Below are positions 36,766 through 45,973 of a stretch of 53,265 bases of DNA, in pieces. Positions within the stretch are counted from its first letter, which is position 1; every line of letters starts with the position of its first letter. The notes beneath the pieces are model-generated. The model had not been told where the DNA came from. It saw only the letters and a program-made list of their open reading frames with translations, and searched no databases. The stretch lies in IMG/VR virus record IMGVR_UViG_3300050505_000145, positions 1 through 53,265 of that record; one strand, given 5' to 3'. This stretch comes from a virus. Taxonomy: Duplodnaviria > Caudoviricetes. A program made the translations under genes and the position numbers.

Positions 36766-38763
36766 GTGACTCAATCGCAAAGTCTCTTTGATCTCATCCG
36801 TCCGGATTATCCACAATCCCAGTGGAAACCAGAAGACCCTCCCATCCTGGATGGTATCAATGAAATCTTTCTCGATTTTGAGACCGATGGAGTTAGATGG
36901 TGGGGAGGTTCGAAGCCATTTGGATGTGGCTGGTTCCTCCCAGACGGTCGATCCGGATATCTTGGCTGGGGTCACCGAAACTTCGACGGTCCGCAACATG
37001 ATGAAGCAATTTGCAAGAGATGGTTTCACGAACAGGTTCGTGGCAAACGGATCACGAATCTCGCAACGAAATTCGAGGTCCACATGGCTCGTGTTTGGGG
37101 CGTGGACCTTGAAGAGCAAAGGAACCAGGTTTCTGACGTTGCACATTATGCTGCTCTTCTAGACGATCATCGTCAAGAATTCTCACTCGCTTCACTTTGT
37201 CGCGATTTCCTCCCTCCTGATGAACAGAAAGTCTTGGTGGTTGATGGATGGAAGCTCGATCCTGCACGGATGGCTTACTATCCTCCTGGCATGATTGCTG
37301 TTCGAGCGGTGGGAGATGTTCGCCAAGTCAAGTTACTCCGAGATATCTTCTGGCCTAAGATGACTCAACTCGGGTTGCAGAAAGTGCGACAACTAGAGGA
37401 TGAGATCATCTACGTCGTATGCGAGATGGAGAAGAACGGAGCGAAGATTGATGTTGAACTCCTCGACCGCTGGGTGACGGAGACTCAACGCATTATCGAG
37501 AAAGGATATCGTCGGCTCTACGAACTGACAGGATTCCGTCTCAACGTCAATTCTTCTTCTGACATGGCTCGGTTGTGGACGAAGATTGGAATCCCACTCG
37601 AATACACGGCACCAAGTGCGTCACATCCGGAAGGGCAACCGAGTTTCACTACCGACATCCTCAAGAAACATCGCCATCATTCCGAAGAAACTGAAATCGC
37701 ATTCACTATCAGCAAGCTCATGGATTTGCGCAACAGCTATCTGTTGCCCTATGCGCAGTTGGTAGATCGGTCAACTGGAATCCTTCGTTTCGCAATGCAT
37801 CAGCTTCCATCTCAGAAAGATGAGTGGAATGAAAGAGACACAGCTGGTACTATTTCAGGCCGATTTTCTTCTACGAGACTTACGAAGGCACCTGTTGAAG
37901 GATTCGGCATTCAGCGGACGATTAAACCCGCAAAGCAAAGAACTATGTTTGGCTACGATGAAGAAGATGATTCGCACGATGATGAATTGTTCATCATCCG
38001 TCGTCTTCACGTGCCGGACAAGACGGACCATCCTAATGCTCTATTCCTATCCGCTGATGCGATGCAAATTGAGTATCGTCTCTTCGCGGAAGAAACGAAG
38101 TCAGACCGACTCGCGAGGATCTACGAAGAAAATCCGAAAGCGAGCTTCCACAAAGAAACGCACAAGATGTGGAAGGTCTACAAGCCAGATCTGACCTATC
38201 GACGCAACAAAGACACGAATTTCGCGCAGATCTACGGAGCAGGAACTCGGAAGAAAGCATGGATGCTGGGATTCATCACGAAGCAACGTTATCTGGAATT
38301 ACTTCATGATGACAACTGGCGTGATGCTCCAGATCTGAAGGAAGCATTTGAGGTTGAAGCACTTTACAACAGGATGATTCCCGAAGTCAAGCCAATGATG
38401 AAGAAAGCGGAGGAGTTGGCGAAGAATCGGGGATACATCAAGTCCATCTTGGGTCGACGAAGCACGTTTCCTGGTGGTGAACGAGCGCACAAGGCTCTGA
38501 ACACTCGAATCCAGCCAAGTGCTGCTGATATCATGAAGCAGAAGCTTGTCGAGCTCCACAAAGTATCGCGTCAGATTGGATTCCTGCTTCGTTACACTGT
38601 TCATGATGAAGTGGATGGTGACGCAAGAGGTGGAATCGAAACTGTTCGTGAGGTGCACAAGATCCTGAATCGGCAGTCATTCAAGACCAGAATTCCAATT
38701 CTGTGGGAGACGAATTACGGTCCGAACTGGCGTGACATTCAGGAATACAACGAAGCAGCATGA
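36766..38763 (+). CDS. polA: DNA polymerase family A with 3'-5' exonuclease
   Basis: DFET, TISGRFSS, ADAMQIEYR (A), KDTNFAQIYG (B), TVHDEV (C). Confidence 0.95.
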   Translation: MTQSQSLFDLIRPDYPQSQWKPEDPPILDGINEIFLDFETDGVRWWGGSKPFGCGWFLPDGRSGYLGWGHRNFDGPQHDEAICKRWFHEQVRGKRITNLATKFEVHMARVWGVDLEEQRNQVSDVAHYAALLDDHRQEFSLASLCRDFLPPDEQKVLVVDGWKLDPARMAYYPPGMIAVRAVGDVRQVKLLRDIFWPKMTQLGLQKVRQLEDEIIYVVCEMEKNGAKIDVELLDRWVTETQRIIEKGYRRLYELTGFRLNVNSSSDMARLWTKIGIPLEYTAPSASHPEGQPSFTTDILKKHRHHSEETEIAFTISKLMDLRNSYLLPYAQLVDRSTGILRFAMHQLPSQKDEWNERDTAGTISGRFSSTRLTKAPVEGFGIQRTIKPAKQRTMFGYDEEDDSHDDELFIIRRLHVPDKTDHPNALFLSADAMQIEYRLFAEETKSDRLARIYEENPKASFHKETHKMWKVYKPDLTYRRNKDTNFAQIYGAGTRKKAWMLGFITKQRYLELLHDDNWRDAPDLKEAFEVEALYNRMIPEVKPMMKKAEELAKNRGYIKSILGRRSTFPGGERAHKALNTRIQPSAADIMKQKLVELHKVSRQIGFLLRYTVHDEVDGDARGGIETVREVHKILNRQSFKTRIPILWETNYGPNWRDIQEYNEAA

Positions 38764-38910
38764 ACTTCCCGATTGAACCACATCCGTATCTGTGTCAAGT
38801 AGAAGGATGTAAACATCTCGGGCAAGAAATCATAGATTTTCATGAGAAAGGCAAGATGCGTGTTTGTCTCTATCATTACGTGGTGTTGATGATTCCAGCA
38901 GTAAAGCAAG

Positions 38911-39309
38911 ATGGACGAAAAATCTCTCAAAGCTGATCTCGTTCGGGAATTGCGTTCCCGTGTTCCTTGGGTCGTTCTCCGTCTGGAAACTGGGCAGACA
39001 ACATCTGGTGTTCCTGATATTGTCGTTGTCGGCAATCATTACACATCATGGTGGGAAGTCAAATACGCGGATCCAGATTTCACGTCCAAGGGCATTCAAG
39101 AACTCACATGCCTCCGTCTTGCGAAACACGGATTTTGCCGGTACATCATCTACTCGAAGGTGGACGACAACAAAGAAATCTACATCGTTCCTCCATCTGA
39201 GTTCGCGAAGTGGCAACAATCTGTGAATCGTCGAGCAGGATTTGACCACAACTGGGTGTGCGATTACATTATCCGTGCACATCAACACCAATTTGAGAGT
39301 GACAAATGA
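38911..39309 (+). CDS. VRR-NUC / Holliday junction resolvase-like nuclease
   Basis: E...GVPD...WWEVK PD-(D/E)xK pattern. Confidence 0.75.
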   Translation: MDEKSLKADLVRELRSRVPWVVLRLETGQTTSGVPDIVVVGNHYTSWWEVKYADPDFTSKGIQELTCLRLAKHGFCRYIIYSKVDDNKEIYIVPPSEFAKWQQSVNRRAGFDHNWVCDYIIRAHQHQFESDK

Positions 39310-39491
39310 CTCCATCGCGTGCACTGCTATGGGCACTTTTCGCAGCGAACCACAAGCCAGATCCTCATTCGGATGCGCTTGGTTCCACACAAGCCGCGCA
39401 GCATGCGGATCGTTTGCTCGAAGAATTTGACCAACGATTCAAGCTCGTCGAAATCCCAACTGGTTCACAGATGGCGTATCGCGAGACCTAA
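39306..39491 (+). CDS. hypothetical protein
   Basis: 4-nt overlap with the upstream gene; fills the gap. Confidence 0.6.
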   Translation: MTPSRALLWALFAANHKPDPHSDALGSTQAAQHADRLLEEFDQRFKLVEIPTGSQMAYRET

Positions 39492-39492
39492 C

Positions 39493-40461
39493 ATGAATCA
39501 CTTCCAACATTTCTTCGATTTCTGCATGTACGAGAGACTCACCGGAGGTCCAGATCCTCACATGCAAGCAGTCGTCGAAATGTCTCGAGACTGTGATTTC
39601 GTCGAGAAAGTCTGGCGATCCATGCTCTACGTCGGATTCTACAATGTGCCGTCGGCCGAAGCCATGTGGACGCATGTGTTTCCCGAGAATCATGAGGATC
39701 CGAAATCAACCGAGGAATGGCTCAAGGAATATTGGCCTGGTCTTCGCACTCGTCGCGAACGTCGAACAGTAAAATCACCGGAACGGATGTCGGACTACCT
39801 CTGGGGATTCAAGAACGTTGTCAGAGAACTCCAGACTCTCAAAGATGCTGAGTTCGAGGAAGTGTGGGACTTCGCGAAAGATATGTATCATGTCGGCCGA
39901 TACGCAGCGACTAAATTGTGCGAGATCTGGCATCGGATGGATCTCATCTCTGCTGAATGCCCTGATATTCGTGCCGACGGAGGATGGAGTCCTCGCGAAG
40001 CACTGAATCTGATCTACGATCGAAACGATGACTGTCGACTTAATTCGCACGCAGCCATAAAGAACGCAGAGGAACTTGCTGCCGATAATTACAAGAAGAT
40101 TCGTGAGCACGGACTTCAGATTTCGCGATTCGAGCAAGAAGTCATGCTCTGCGAATACAAGGAATCCTACAAGACGCATCGTCAATATCCGGGACGAAGT
40201 CTCGACTCCGAGCTTGGCTACGAGATGGAAATCGCTGGCTGGTGGGGAACGAAGTCAGATTTCAAGAGTCAGCATCTCGAAGTCCGCAAGATCGTGAGTC
40301 CTCCGTGGGCTCTCGGTGAGATCAGCGGATGGGATGGCGTGCGCAAAGATCTTGGCTATGTGTTGGCGAATTATGGCTACACGTGGTCTGACGCAATCTA
40401 TGATTTCAAGGCAACAACGAATCTCAAGAATCCTGTGAGGCGACCATGTCCACTCGCTTGA
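39493..40461 (+). CDS. amino acid:DNA transferase (aGPT-Pplase2 family), thymidine hypermodification
   Basis: Start revised to 39493; PDP, ERR, VGRYAATKLCE, EVMLCEYK...YPG; cluster context. Confidence 0.72.
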   Translation: MNHFQHFFDFCMYERLTGGPDPHMQAVVEMSRDCDFVEKVWRSMLYVGFYNVPSAEAMWTHVFPENHEDPKSTEEWLKEYWPGLRTRRERRTVKSPERMSDYLWGFKNVVRELQTLKDAEFEEVWDFAKDMYHVGRYAATKLCEIWHRMDLISAECPDIRADGGWSPREALNLIYDRNDDCRLNSHAAIKNAEELAADNYKKIREHGLQISRFEQEVMLCEYKESYKTHRQYPGRSLDSELGYEMEIAGWWGTKSDFKSQHLEVRKIVSPPWALGEISGWDGVRKDLGYVLANYGYTWSDAIYDFKATTNLKNPVRRPCPLA

Positions 40462-40907
40462 TTGAACTCCATCCGCGTCTTTTCATTCGTGGACACACGA
40501 GAGGAATTCTCTCGACAGTGATGCTTCGCGAAATCCACGAGAAGGATATCGGGAAGGTGTTGAACGTCGCCATCATTGCTGACGACTTCCTCGAACGTGC
40601 GTGCCAAACAGTCGGAATCGTCTACAAACATGTTCCTCTGCGGGATAGTCGTTTGCAGGAGATTCCAACTCAGGTCACCGATCTCATCAACGAGGTTGCT
40701 GAAACGATGGAATACACCGGAGTCCTGGTTCACTGCGATTCCGGATACAATCGGTCCGCACTCATTGCTATCCCTGCCTGTTCTGAAGTCACAGGAGTTC
40801 CACCAGGAGAGATCATCGACCGAATTCGTCTTCAACGTCCGCGACTGTTACACAATCCGCGATTCGAGCATTTCGTGAGGAATTATGGCCAAGCAACTGC
40901 GCGCTGA
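40446..40907 (+). CDS. dual-specificity / Cys-based phosphatase
   Basis: VLVHCDSGYNRS = HCX5R. Confidence 0.9.
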   Translation: MSTRLIELHPRLFIRGHTRGILSTVMLREIHEKDIGKVLNVAIIADDFLERACQTVGIVYKHVPLRDSRLQEIPTQVTDLINEVAETMEYTGVLVHCDSGYNRSALIAIPACSEVTGVPPGEIIDRIRLQRPRLLHNPRFEHFVRNYGQATAR

Positions 40908-41874
40908 TGAAGGTGGCACTCCGTGGTGCCTTCAGCCTGAATTGGTTCGTGGTTGCTCGATGCGCCACGGATCCGGTCCTGGTGGTCTCTGCCATTTCTG
41001 CGGGATCACAGCGATTCGTGAAGGACCAGGCAACTACGAATACATGTCTCTCACGACTGCCGAACGAATCGCATCTCAGGCTGCCGACTGGTGTCCGAAA
41101 ATCCGTGTCGAGTATGCGATGCGTGGCGAACCACTGATGCATCCGAAACATCTTGAAATCTTCAAGATGTTCCGAAAGTATCTGCCTGAAGCCAGCATCA
41201 TGGTTACCACGAATGGTGACACTCTGCGGAATCGGATGCAGGACGCAGTCGAGAAGATCTTCGAGACAGGATTGAATTTCATCTTGCTCGATACCTACTA
41301 TCCGAAAGAACGACGCGATCAACTTCGTGAGCAAGCGTGGGCTCTGAAAGATGTGCGAGTTGTTGACTATTTCGACGAGATGATGCCAGCTGGTGAAAGT
41401 CCGTATGCTCGGCACAATACGTGGCAGAGGACTATCATCTTGATGGATGATTTGTCAGTTCGAGATGGTGAACATCAAAGTCGTCTCGTCAAGACTCATG
41501 CTGGAAGTAATCAGACCAAGCAAATTCGTGAACCACTCCATCGCAACTGTGGTCGACCATTTCGTGAGATGACGTTCACGACTGAAGGCAATCTCACGCT
41601 CTGCTGCGACGACTGGCGGATGGAGTATATTATCGGCAACGTCAACACGTTCACGCTCGAGGAGCTCTGGAAACATCCCAAGATGGAAGCCGCTCGAGCT
41701 CGGCTTCTGCAACACGATCGGAACTGGGGTCCGTGTCGCGAATGTGATGCTCCGTCAGCTCCACGCAGCGGACTTCTTCCTCACTACGATCCGCCAACTC
41801 CAGAGCAGATTGCGCTGACCGAATCTGCTTACAATCACAGGAAACCGATATGGCTGAAACCGACCAAATCCTGA
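40885..41874 (+). CDS. radical SAM enzyme with SPASM/twitch domain
   Basis: C-x11-C-x2-C, RGEPLMHP, TTNG, CGRPF, LCCDDW, GN, CRECD. Confidence 0.85.
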   Translation: MAKQLRADEGGTPWCLQPELVRGCSMRHGSGPGGLCHFCGITAIREGPGNYEYMSLTTAERIASQAADWCPKIRVEYAMRGEPLMHPKHLEIFKMFRKYLPEASIMVTTNGDTLRNRMQDAVEKIFETGLNFILLDTYYPKERRDQLREQAWALKDVRVVDYFDEMMPAGESPYARHNTWQRTIILMDDLSVRDGEHQSRLVKTHAGSNQTKQIREPLHRNCGRPFREMTFTTEGNLTLCCDDWRMEYIIGNVNTFTLEELWKHPKMEAARARLLQHDRNWGPCRECDAPSAPRSGLLPHYDPPTPEQIALTESAYNHRKPIWLKPTKS

Positions 41875-42623
41875 AGGATACGGTCATCATCATTCCGACG
41901 AAACGAGCAACTCCGTTGCGCACTTTGCAACTGTTGCTACAGCAAAACATTTCGTTGCCGATCATCATTCAATCAGATCCACGAACACTTGAAGCGAACA
42001 AGACCATCGCCAATTCCCAGATTCGAGTGGTTGAAGGAAAAGTCGGAATGATTCCGCAATCTCTTGAGTGCTATCGGCAAGCATTCAAGGCAGGATTTCG
42101 GTTCTACTTCCGACTCGATGATGACTGGCATGCGAATATGTTCGTGAACAAGCAAGGACCAATTCCGTGGATTGAAGCCATCACAGAAGCGCGGAAGTGT
42201 GCTGAAGCACTCGGAACATCACTCAACGGATTTCAGAATACGGCACGCAAGGATTGGCTCGGAACTGGTTTCAAGCGAACATTCGGTTTGATCACTGGTG
42301 GTGCGCAACTATGTGCAGCATGCGAAGATCCTTCCTTCTTCCTCGACGAAAATCTGCCGGCATACGAAGATGTCTACCGTTCGGCAGCACATCGTGAGAA
42401 AGATGGTTGTCTGGGTCGAGTCGCTGCGATCGGTGTTGACAAACGAGAAGCACTTCGCGATTCGTCGATGAACAAATCGAAGGAAGTGCAAGAAGAAGCG
42501 AAGCGGATCATTCTGTCACGATTTCCTGATACAGTCACGTGCAACGGATATCGCACTCTTGACGGTGGCTTGCAGACGATTCCAAACTGGCGACTGGTTC
42601 GCGGACCGAAATGGAGATGGTGA
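41850..42623 (+). CDS. TAGT/GREB1-like GT-A glycosyltransferase
   Basis: IIIPTKR, RLDDD, YEDVY motifs; DNA-modification context. Confidence 0.7.
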   Translation: MAETDQILKDTVIIIPTKRATPLRTLQLLLQQNISLPIIIQSDPRTLEANKTIANSQIRVVEGKVGMIPQSLECYRQAFKAGFRFYFRLDDDWHANMFVNKQGPIPWIEAITEARKCAEALGTSLNGFQNTARKDWLGTGFKRTFGLITGGAQLCAACEDPSFFLDENLPAYEDVYRSAAHREKDGCLGRVAAIGVDKREALRDSSMNKSKEVQEEAKRIILSRFPDTVTCNGYRTLDGGLQTIPNWRLVRGPKWRW

Positions 42624-43078
42624 TGATACTTATCCAAGACGTCTTGTGTCCGTCGTGCGGAAATCATACGCTTTCTGTGAACAATGAACATCAATTGGTC
42701 TGCACAGCGCTCGAATGCAAGGATCCTGGTGCTGCGAGAAATATGCTGCACGAACCGTTGGTCTCAATGAATAGGCAACTGACATCTCGCTTCCACATCC
42801 ACGCAGATCTGAGAACAGCGAAGATCTCGGTCATCAAGACGTCCAACGGTCAGGAAGTGCCGGAAGAGGAACCACTCGTTCTGCTCCGTGCTCGTGATCG
42901 TCTGGCGATCCCGACACTCGAAGCCTATGGCAAGATCGTCGCCGAAACCGAATATTCGGATCCGATTGCGAAGGAGGAGCATCTGCTCAGCAACAAAGCA
43001 ACGATTGCGAAATTCCGTGCGTTTGCTGAGAAGTATCCGGAACGCATGAAATTGCCGAACATTACGCGAGGTAAATGA
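42611..43078 (+). CDS. hypothetical protein (Zn ribbon plus EPxxLLRARD domain)
   Basis: CPSC...C...C; EEPLVLLRARDRLA. Confidence 0.7.
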   Translation: MEMVMILIQDVLCPSCGNHTLSVNNEHQLVCTALECKDPGAARNMLHEPLVSMNRQLTSRFHIHADLRTAKISVIKTSNGQEVPEEEPLVLLRARDRLAIPTLEAYGKIVAETEYSDPIAKEEHLLSNKATIAKFRAFAEKYPERMKLPNITRGK

Positions 43079-43608
43079 TGTTCGTTGACAAGCGAACTCT
43101 TGAATCGTTGTCGTCGTTCGCGGCCAACGCACGCCTGATCGCGATGACTCGGCCAACGCATCGTGGTCAAGGTCTGCCAGATGCACCGTGCACTCATTTC
43201 CATGCTGCAACAGGAACTCTGATCATCTTCACTCGAGATGAAGGCATGCATTCGAGTGGGTGGTTTAAGAATCCTGATTACGACAAATGTCTTCACTTGT
43301 CGTTGTCGTTTGCTGATCCAGTCACTCATCAGCGACGTCCGTTCGACGAAAAGCTGGCCGATGCGTGGGTTGATGCATTCTTCCCGAACGACAAGAAACT
43401 CGTGTGGATGGAATCTGCAAAGATGCCAACCGCCAGAGCAATCGTGACGCACTATCGTGTCTTCTGCGACGAAAACTGGCAGCCGATTCTTCCGCGAGGC
43501 GAAGTCTACTCGACTGAGTTCACCGAGAAAGGATGGAAATCATGGTCTGAACAACATCCCGATCAACCGAACGCATATCATCTTCAATACGAGGATCCTG
43601 ACAAATGA
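43075..43608 (+). CDS. conserved hypothetical protein
   Basis: Chained overlaps; HSSGWFKNPDY..CLHLSLSF. Confidence 0.75.
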   Translation: MMFVDKRTLESLSSFAANARLIAMTRPTHRGQGLPDAPCTHFHAATGTLIIFTRDEGMHSSGWFKNPDYDKCLHLSLSFADPVTHQRRPFDEKLADAWVDAFFPNDKKLVWMESAKMPTARAIVTHYRVFCDENWQPILPRGEVYSTEFTEKGWKSWSEQHPDQPNAYHLQYEDPDK

Positions 43609-44060
43609 CCTGTACAATTATCGGCATCATAGTTTCATGCGTCGGTCTTCAACCACTCTCACCACAAGAAGCAGCGGACGCGCTGCAGAAAGTGAGTCCG
43701 CCATATGTCGCCACAACCTGGGATCCCATTCCTTTCGCTTGGCCCGAAGTGCCGGATATGCGGACGTGGATACCACAGCGAAGCACACTGTCCGATGAAT
43801 CGTGGCGACTTCCTAATCTCCGACGGCTCGACGGCACCTCTATCTTCGAACCACCAACAGTCTACGGAGATATCTATGGACGTTATGCTCATCGCCGAAG
43901 AGATTTCTTTACTCAAGGTCAATTTGGTCAACGCCCTCCGCACGCAACTCGAGATCTTCAAACAGAAGACAGGAATCCATCCGTCGGCAATCACAGTGAA
44001 AGTCATCGAAGTAACAGCGTATCCGGGTCATCGGCGGGAGTTCGAAGTCGGCAGCGTTGA
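43605..44060 (+). CDS. hypothetical protein (3' half overlaps the next gene)
   Basis: ATGA coupling, hydrophobic N-terminus; low-complexity tail. Confidence 0.45.
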   Translation: MTCTIIGIIVSCVGLQPLSPQEAADALQKVSPPYVATTWDPIPFAWPEVPDMRTWIPQRSTLSDESWRLPNLRRLDGTSIFEPPTVYGDIYGRYAHRRRDFFTQGQFGQRPPHATRDLQTEDRNPSVGNHSESHRSNSVSGSSAGVRSRQR

Positions 44061-44079
44061 GCTTGATTTCAAGTTCTAG
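43876..44079 (+). CDS. 67-aa hypothetical protein (MDVMLIAEEI...)
   Basis: GGAG SD; ends just before the SD of the cold-shock gene. Confidence 0.55.
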   Translation: MDVMLIAEEISLLKVNLVNALRTQLEIFKQKTGIHPSAITVKVIEVTAYPGHRREFEVGSVELDFKF

Positions 44080-44087
44080 GAGGCGAC

Positions 44088-44303
44088 ATGGCGGCGATGC
44101 ATGGTACGATTCGACGAGTGATCATCGACAAGGGATTCGGTTTCATCAAGGGTGATGACGGTCGCGAATACTTCTTCCACAAAAGCAATCTCCGGAACGC
44201 GGAGATCACCGAGATGACTCAGGACGACAAGGTCACGTTCGAGGATGATCTGGAACATGCTCAGCGCGGACCGAGAGCGAAGAACGTCTATCTCGAGTCA
44301 TGA
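44088..44303 (+). CDS. cold-shock domain protein
   Basis: KGFGFI (RNP1), YFFH (RNP2), GPRAKNV; AGGAGG SD. Confidence 0.95.
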   Translation: MAAMHGTIRRVIIDKGFGFIKGDDGREYFFHKSNLRNAEITEMTQDDKVTFEDDLEHAQRGPRAKNVYLES

Positions 44304-44884
44304 CTAACTGGTTGCAGACGACATTTACTGGCAAGCATATCGACCCAACCGATCTTCGACACGAGGATATCTGCATCGAAGATATCGCACATGCGCTGGC
44401 ATTGTGCAATCGGTTTGCTGGCCATTCGAAGAAGCCGATCAGCGTCGCGCAACACTCAGTCTATGTCGTTCGCGTGGTGGAGAAAGATCCATTTGCGCAA
44501 GCGAAATGGATCCGGCTCCAAGCACTTCTGCACGATGCAGCAGAAGCATATCTCGGTGACATCACGAGATGGATCAAGAGAACAGCATTTCTTGATGGAT
44601 ATCGACTCCTCGAACACGAAGTGCAGAGTCGAATCTACCAGAGATTTGATCTTCCGATGGGTCTTCATCCTTCTATCACCAAAGCCGATCGAGTGATGGT
44701 CCGCTTTGAAGCGAGGAAAGCATTCGGCAAGGATTTTGTGATTGATGAACATCACGGACCAGGTGATGGTGAATTTCCAGCGATGACCAAAGAGGAAGAA
44801 GATCTGGTTGGGCACTGGTCGTTCTGGGATTGGAAGTGGTCAGAGCAACTCTTTCTCGATTATTTCAGGATGATCACAACATGA
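44300..44884 (+). CDS. HD-domain 5'-deoxynucleotidase (YfdR-like)
   Basis: DIAHALA...RFAGH, SVAQHS, LLHDAAEAYLGD. Confidence 0.9.
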   Translation: MTNWLQTTFTGKHIDPTDLRHEDICIEDIAHALALCNRFAGHSKKPISVAQHSVYVVRVVEKDPFAQAKWIRLQALLHDAAEAYLGDITRWIKRTAFLDGYRLLEHEVQSRIYQRFDLPMGLHPSITKADRVMVRFEARKAFGKDFVIDEHHGPGDGEFPAMTKEEEDLVGHWSFWDWKWSEQLFLDYFRMITT

Positions 44885-45309
44885 AGGTTATTGATCCTGG
44901 CCACGTCTACGAACTCCAGTGGCTTGATGGTGAACCAGAAGTCGCGGAACTGAACGATCCAGAACAAGAAGTATCGCGACCATTTCGCACCAACACACTT
45001 CAGTTCGTGAAACGCGAAGGACCAGGATATCCTGGCAATGTCTACCATCATCCAGGAACTACAATACAGGAAGTCCTTCGCGTACTGATTGACCGAGTGA
45101 AATATCTCAACAATCAGATTCCTGACAAACGAAATGACGGAGTAATTCTTCAATTACAATGTGCGATCTGGTTGCTTGAAGATCGAGCGGCACAACGTCA
45201 TGGTCGTGATTTCAGCAAAATCACACCATACAAAATCGAGAATCGTCCGACTTGTTCAAAGTGCCTCCACATCGGATGCGACGGCCAATGTCATCCGGAT
45301 CAAAGATAG
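44881..45309 (+). CDS. Tad1/Acb2-like helical-hairpin protein (candidate immune-signal sponge)
   Basis: Start revised to 44881; GHVY, LQF, GTT.QEVL..LIDR, RN, A...L..R...R pattern. Confidence 0.5.
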   Translation: MKVIDPGHVYELQWLDGEPEVAELNDPEQEVSRPFRTNTLQFVKREGPGYPGNVYHHPGTTIQEVLRVLIDRVKYLNNQIPDKRNDGVILQLQCAIWLLEDRAAQRHGRDFSKITPYKIENRPTCSKCLHIGCDGQCHPDQR

Positions 45310-45325
45310 TTACAGCAACGTTTCT

Positions 45326-45367
45326 GCAACGTTTCTTCTAGCTTTTCACAAGAAAACGTAGTAGAAT
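45326..45367 (+). promoter_or_regulatory. variant phage promoter motif (CAACG...CGTAGTAGAAT)
   Basis: Intergenic; CGTAG directly before a TAGAAT -10, as in the other copies. Confidence 0.55.
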
Positions 45368-45385
45368 ATAGGCACCAGTAAAGTC

Positions 45386-45973
45386 ATGATAATCAATCTA
45401 AGAGGAACGTCCGGTTCTGGCAAGAGTTTCATCGTGCGTGAACTGATGAAGAACTACCAGGTCCGTGAACCAATGTTCCGTTCTGGTAGAAAGCAGCCAG
45501 TCGGTTACAGGTTCTATCGTGAACCAGGAAGTTTGGTTCGTCCTCTCTACGTTCCTGGCCACTACGAAACAGCATGTGGTGGTTGCGATACTCTCAACGG
45601 TCTCGATTACATCTACGAACTCATCGAAGCGCCGGCCAAGATGGGATGGGATGTAATCTACGAAGGTCTCATTGTGGCCAGTGATGTGATCCGATGCTGT
45701 GATCTCAAACGTCGGTATCAGTTGATGGTCATCGAACTCAATACTCCACTCAACGTCTGCATCGCGAGCATCCAAGCACGTCGAGATGAACGCGGCTCCG
45801 TCCAGGAGATGAAAGAATCCACCATCAAGACGGCTCACAAGAAGATGGAAGGAGTTAAGAATCAGCGTTCGCGTTTCCGCGACGCAGGAGTTGATTTCCG
45901 TCTTCTTAATCGCGAAGATGCATTGAATGCAGTCATGGAGGCAATGGGTTGGCCGTCGACGATCAGCGTCTGA
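45386..45973 (+). CDS. P-loop kinase component of the 5-hmdU DNA kinase system
   Basis: IINLRGTSGSGKS, GHYETACGGCDT, YEGL; adjacent to the helical domain gene. Confidence 0.8.
   Translation: MIINLRGTSGSGKSFIVRELMKNYQVREPMFRSGRKQPVGYRFYREPGSLVRPLYVPGHYETACGGCDTLNGLDYIYELIEAPAKMGWDVIYEGLIVASDVIRCCDLKRRYQLMVIELNTPLNVCIASIQARRDERGSVQEMKESTIKTAHKKMEGVKNQRSRFRDAGVDFRLLNREDALNAVMEAMGWPSTISV

Noticed and set aside
38764-38910. Promoter-like hexamers in the gap after the polymerase
   Set aside because: No -35/-10 pair with convincing spacing on either strand
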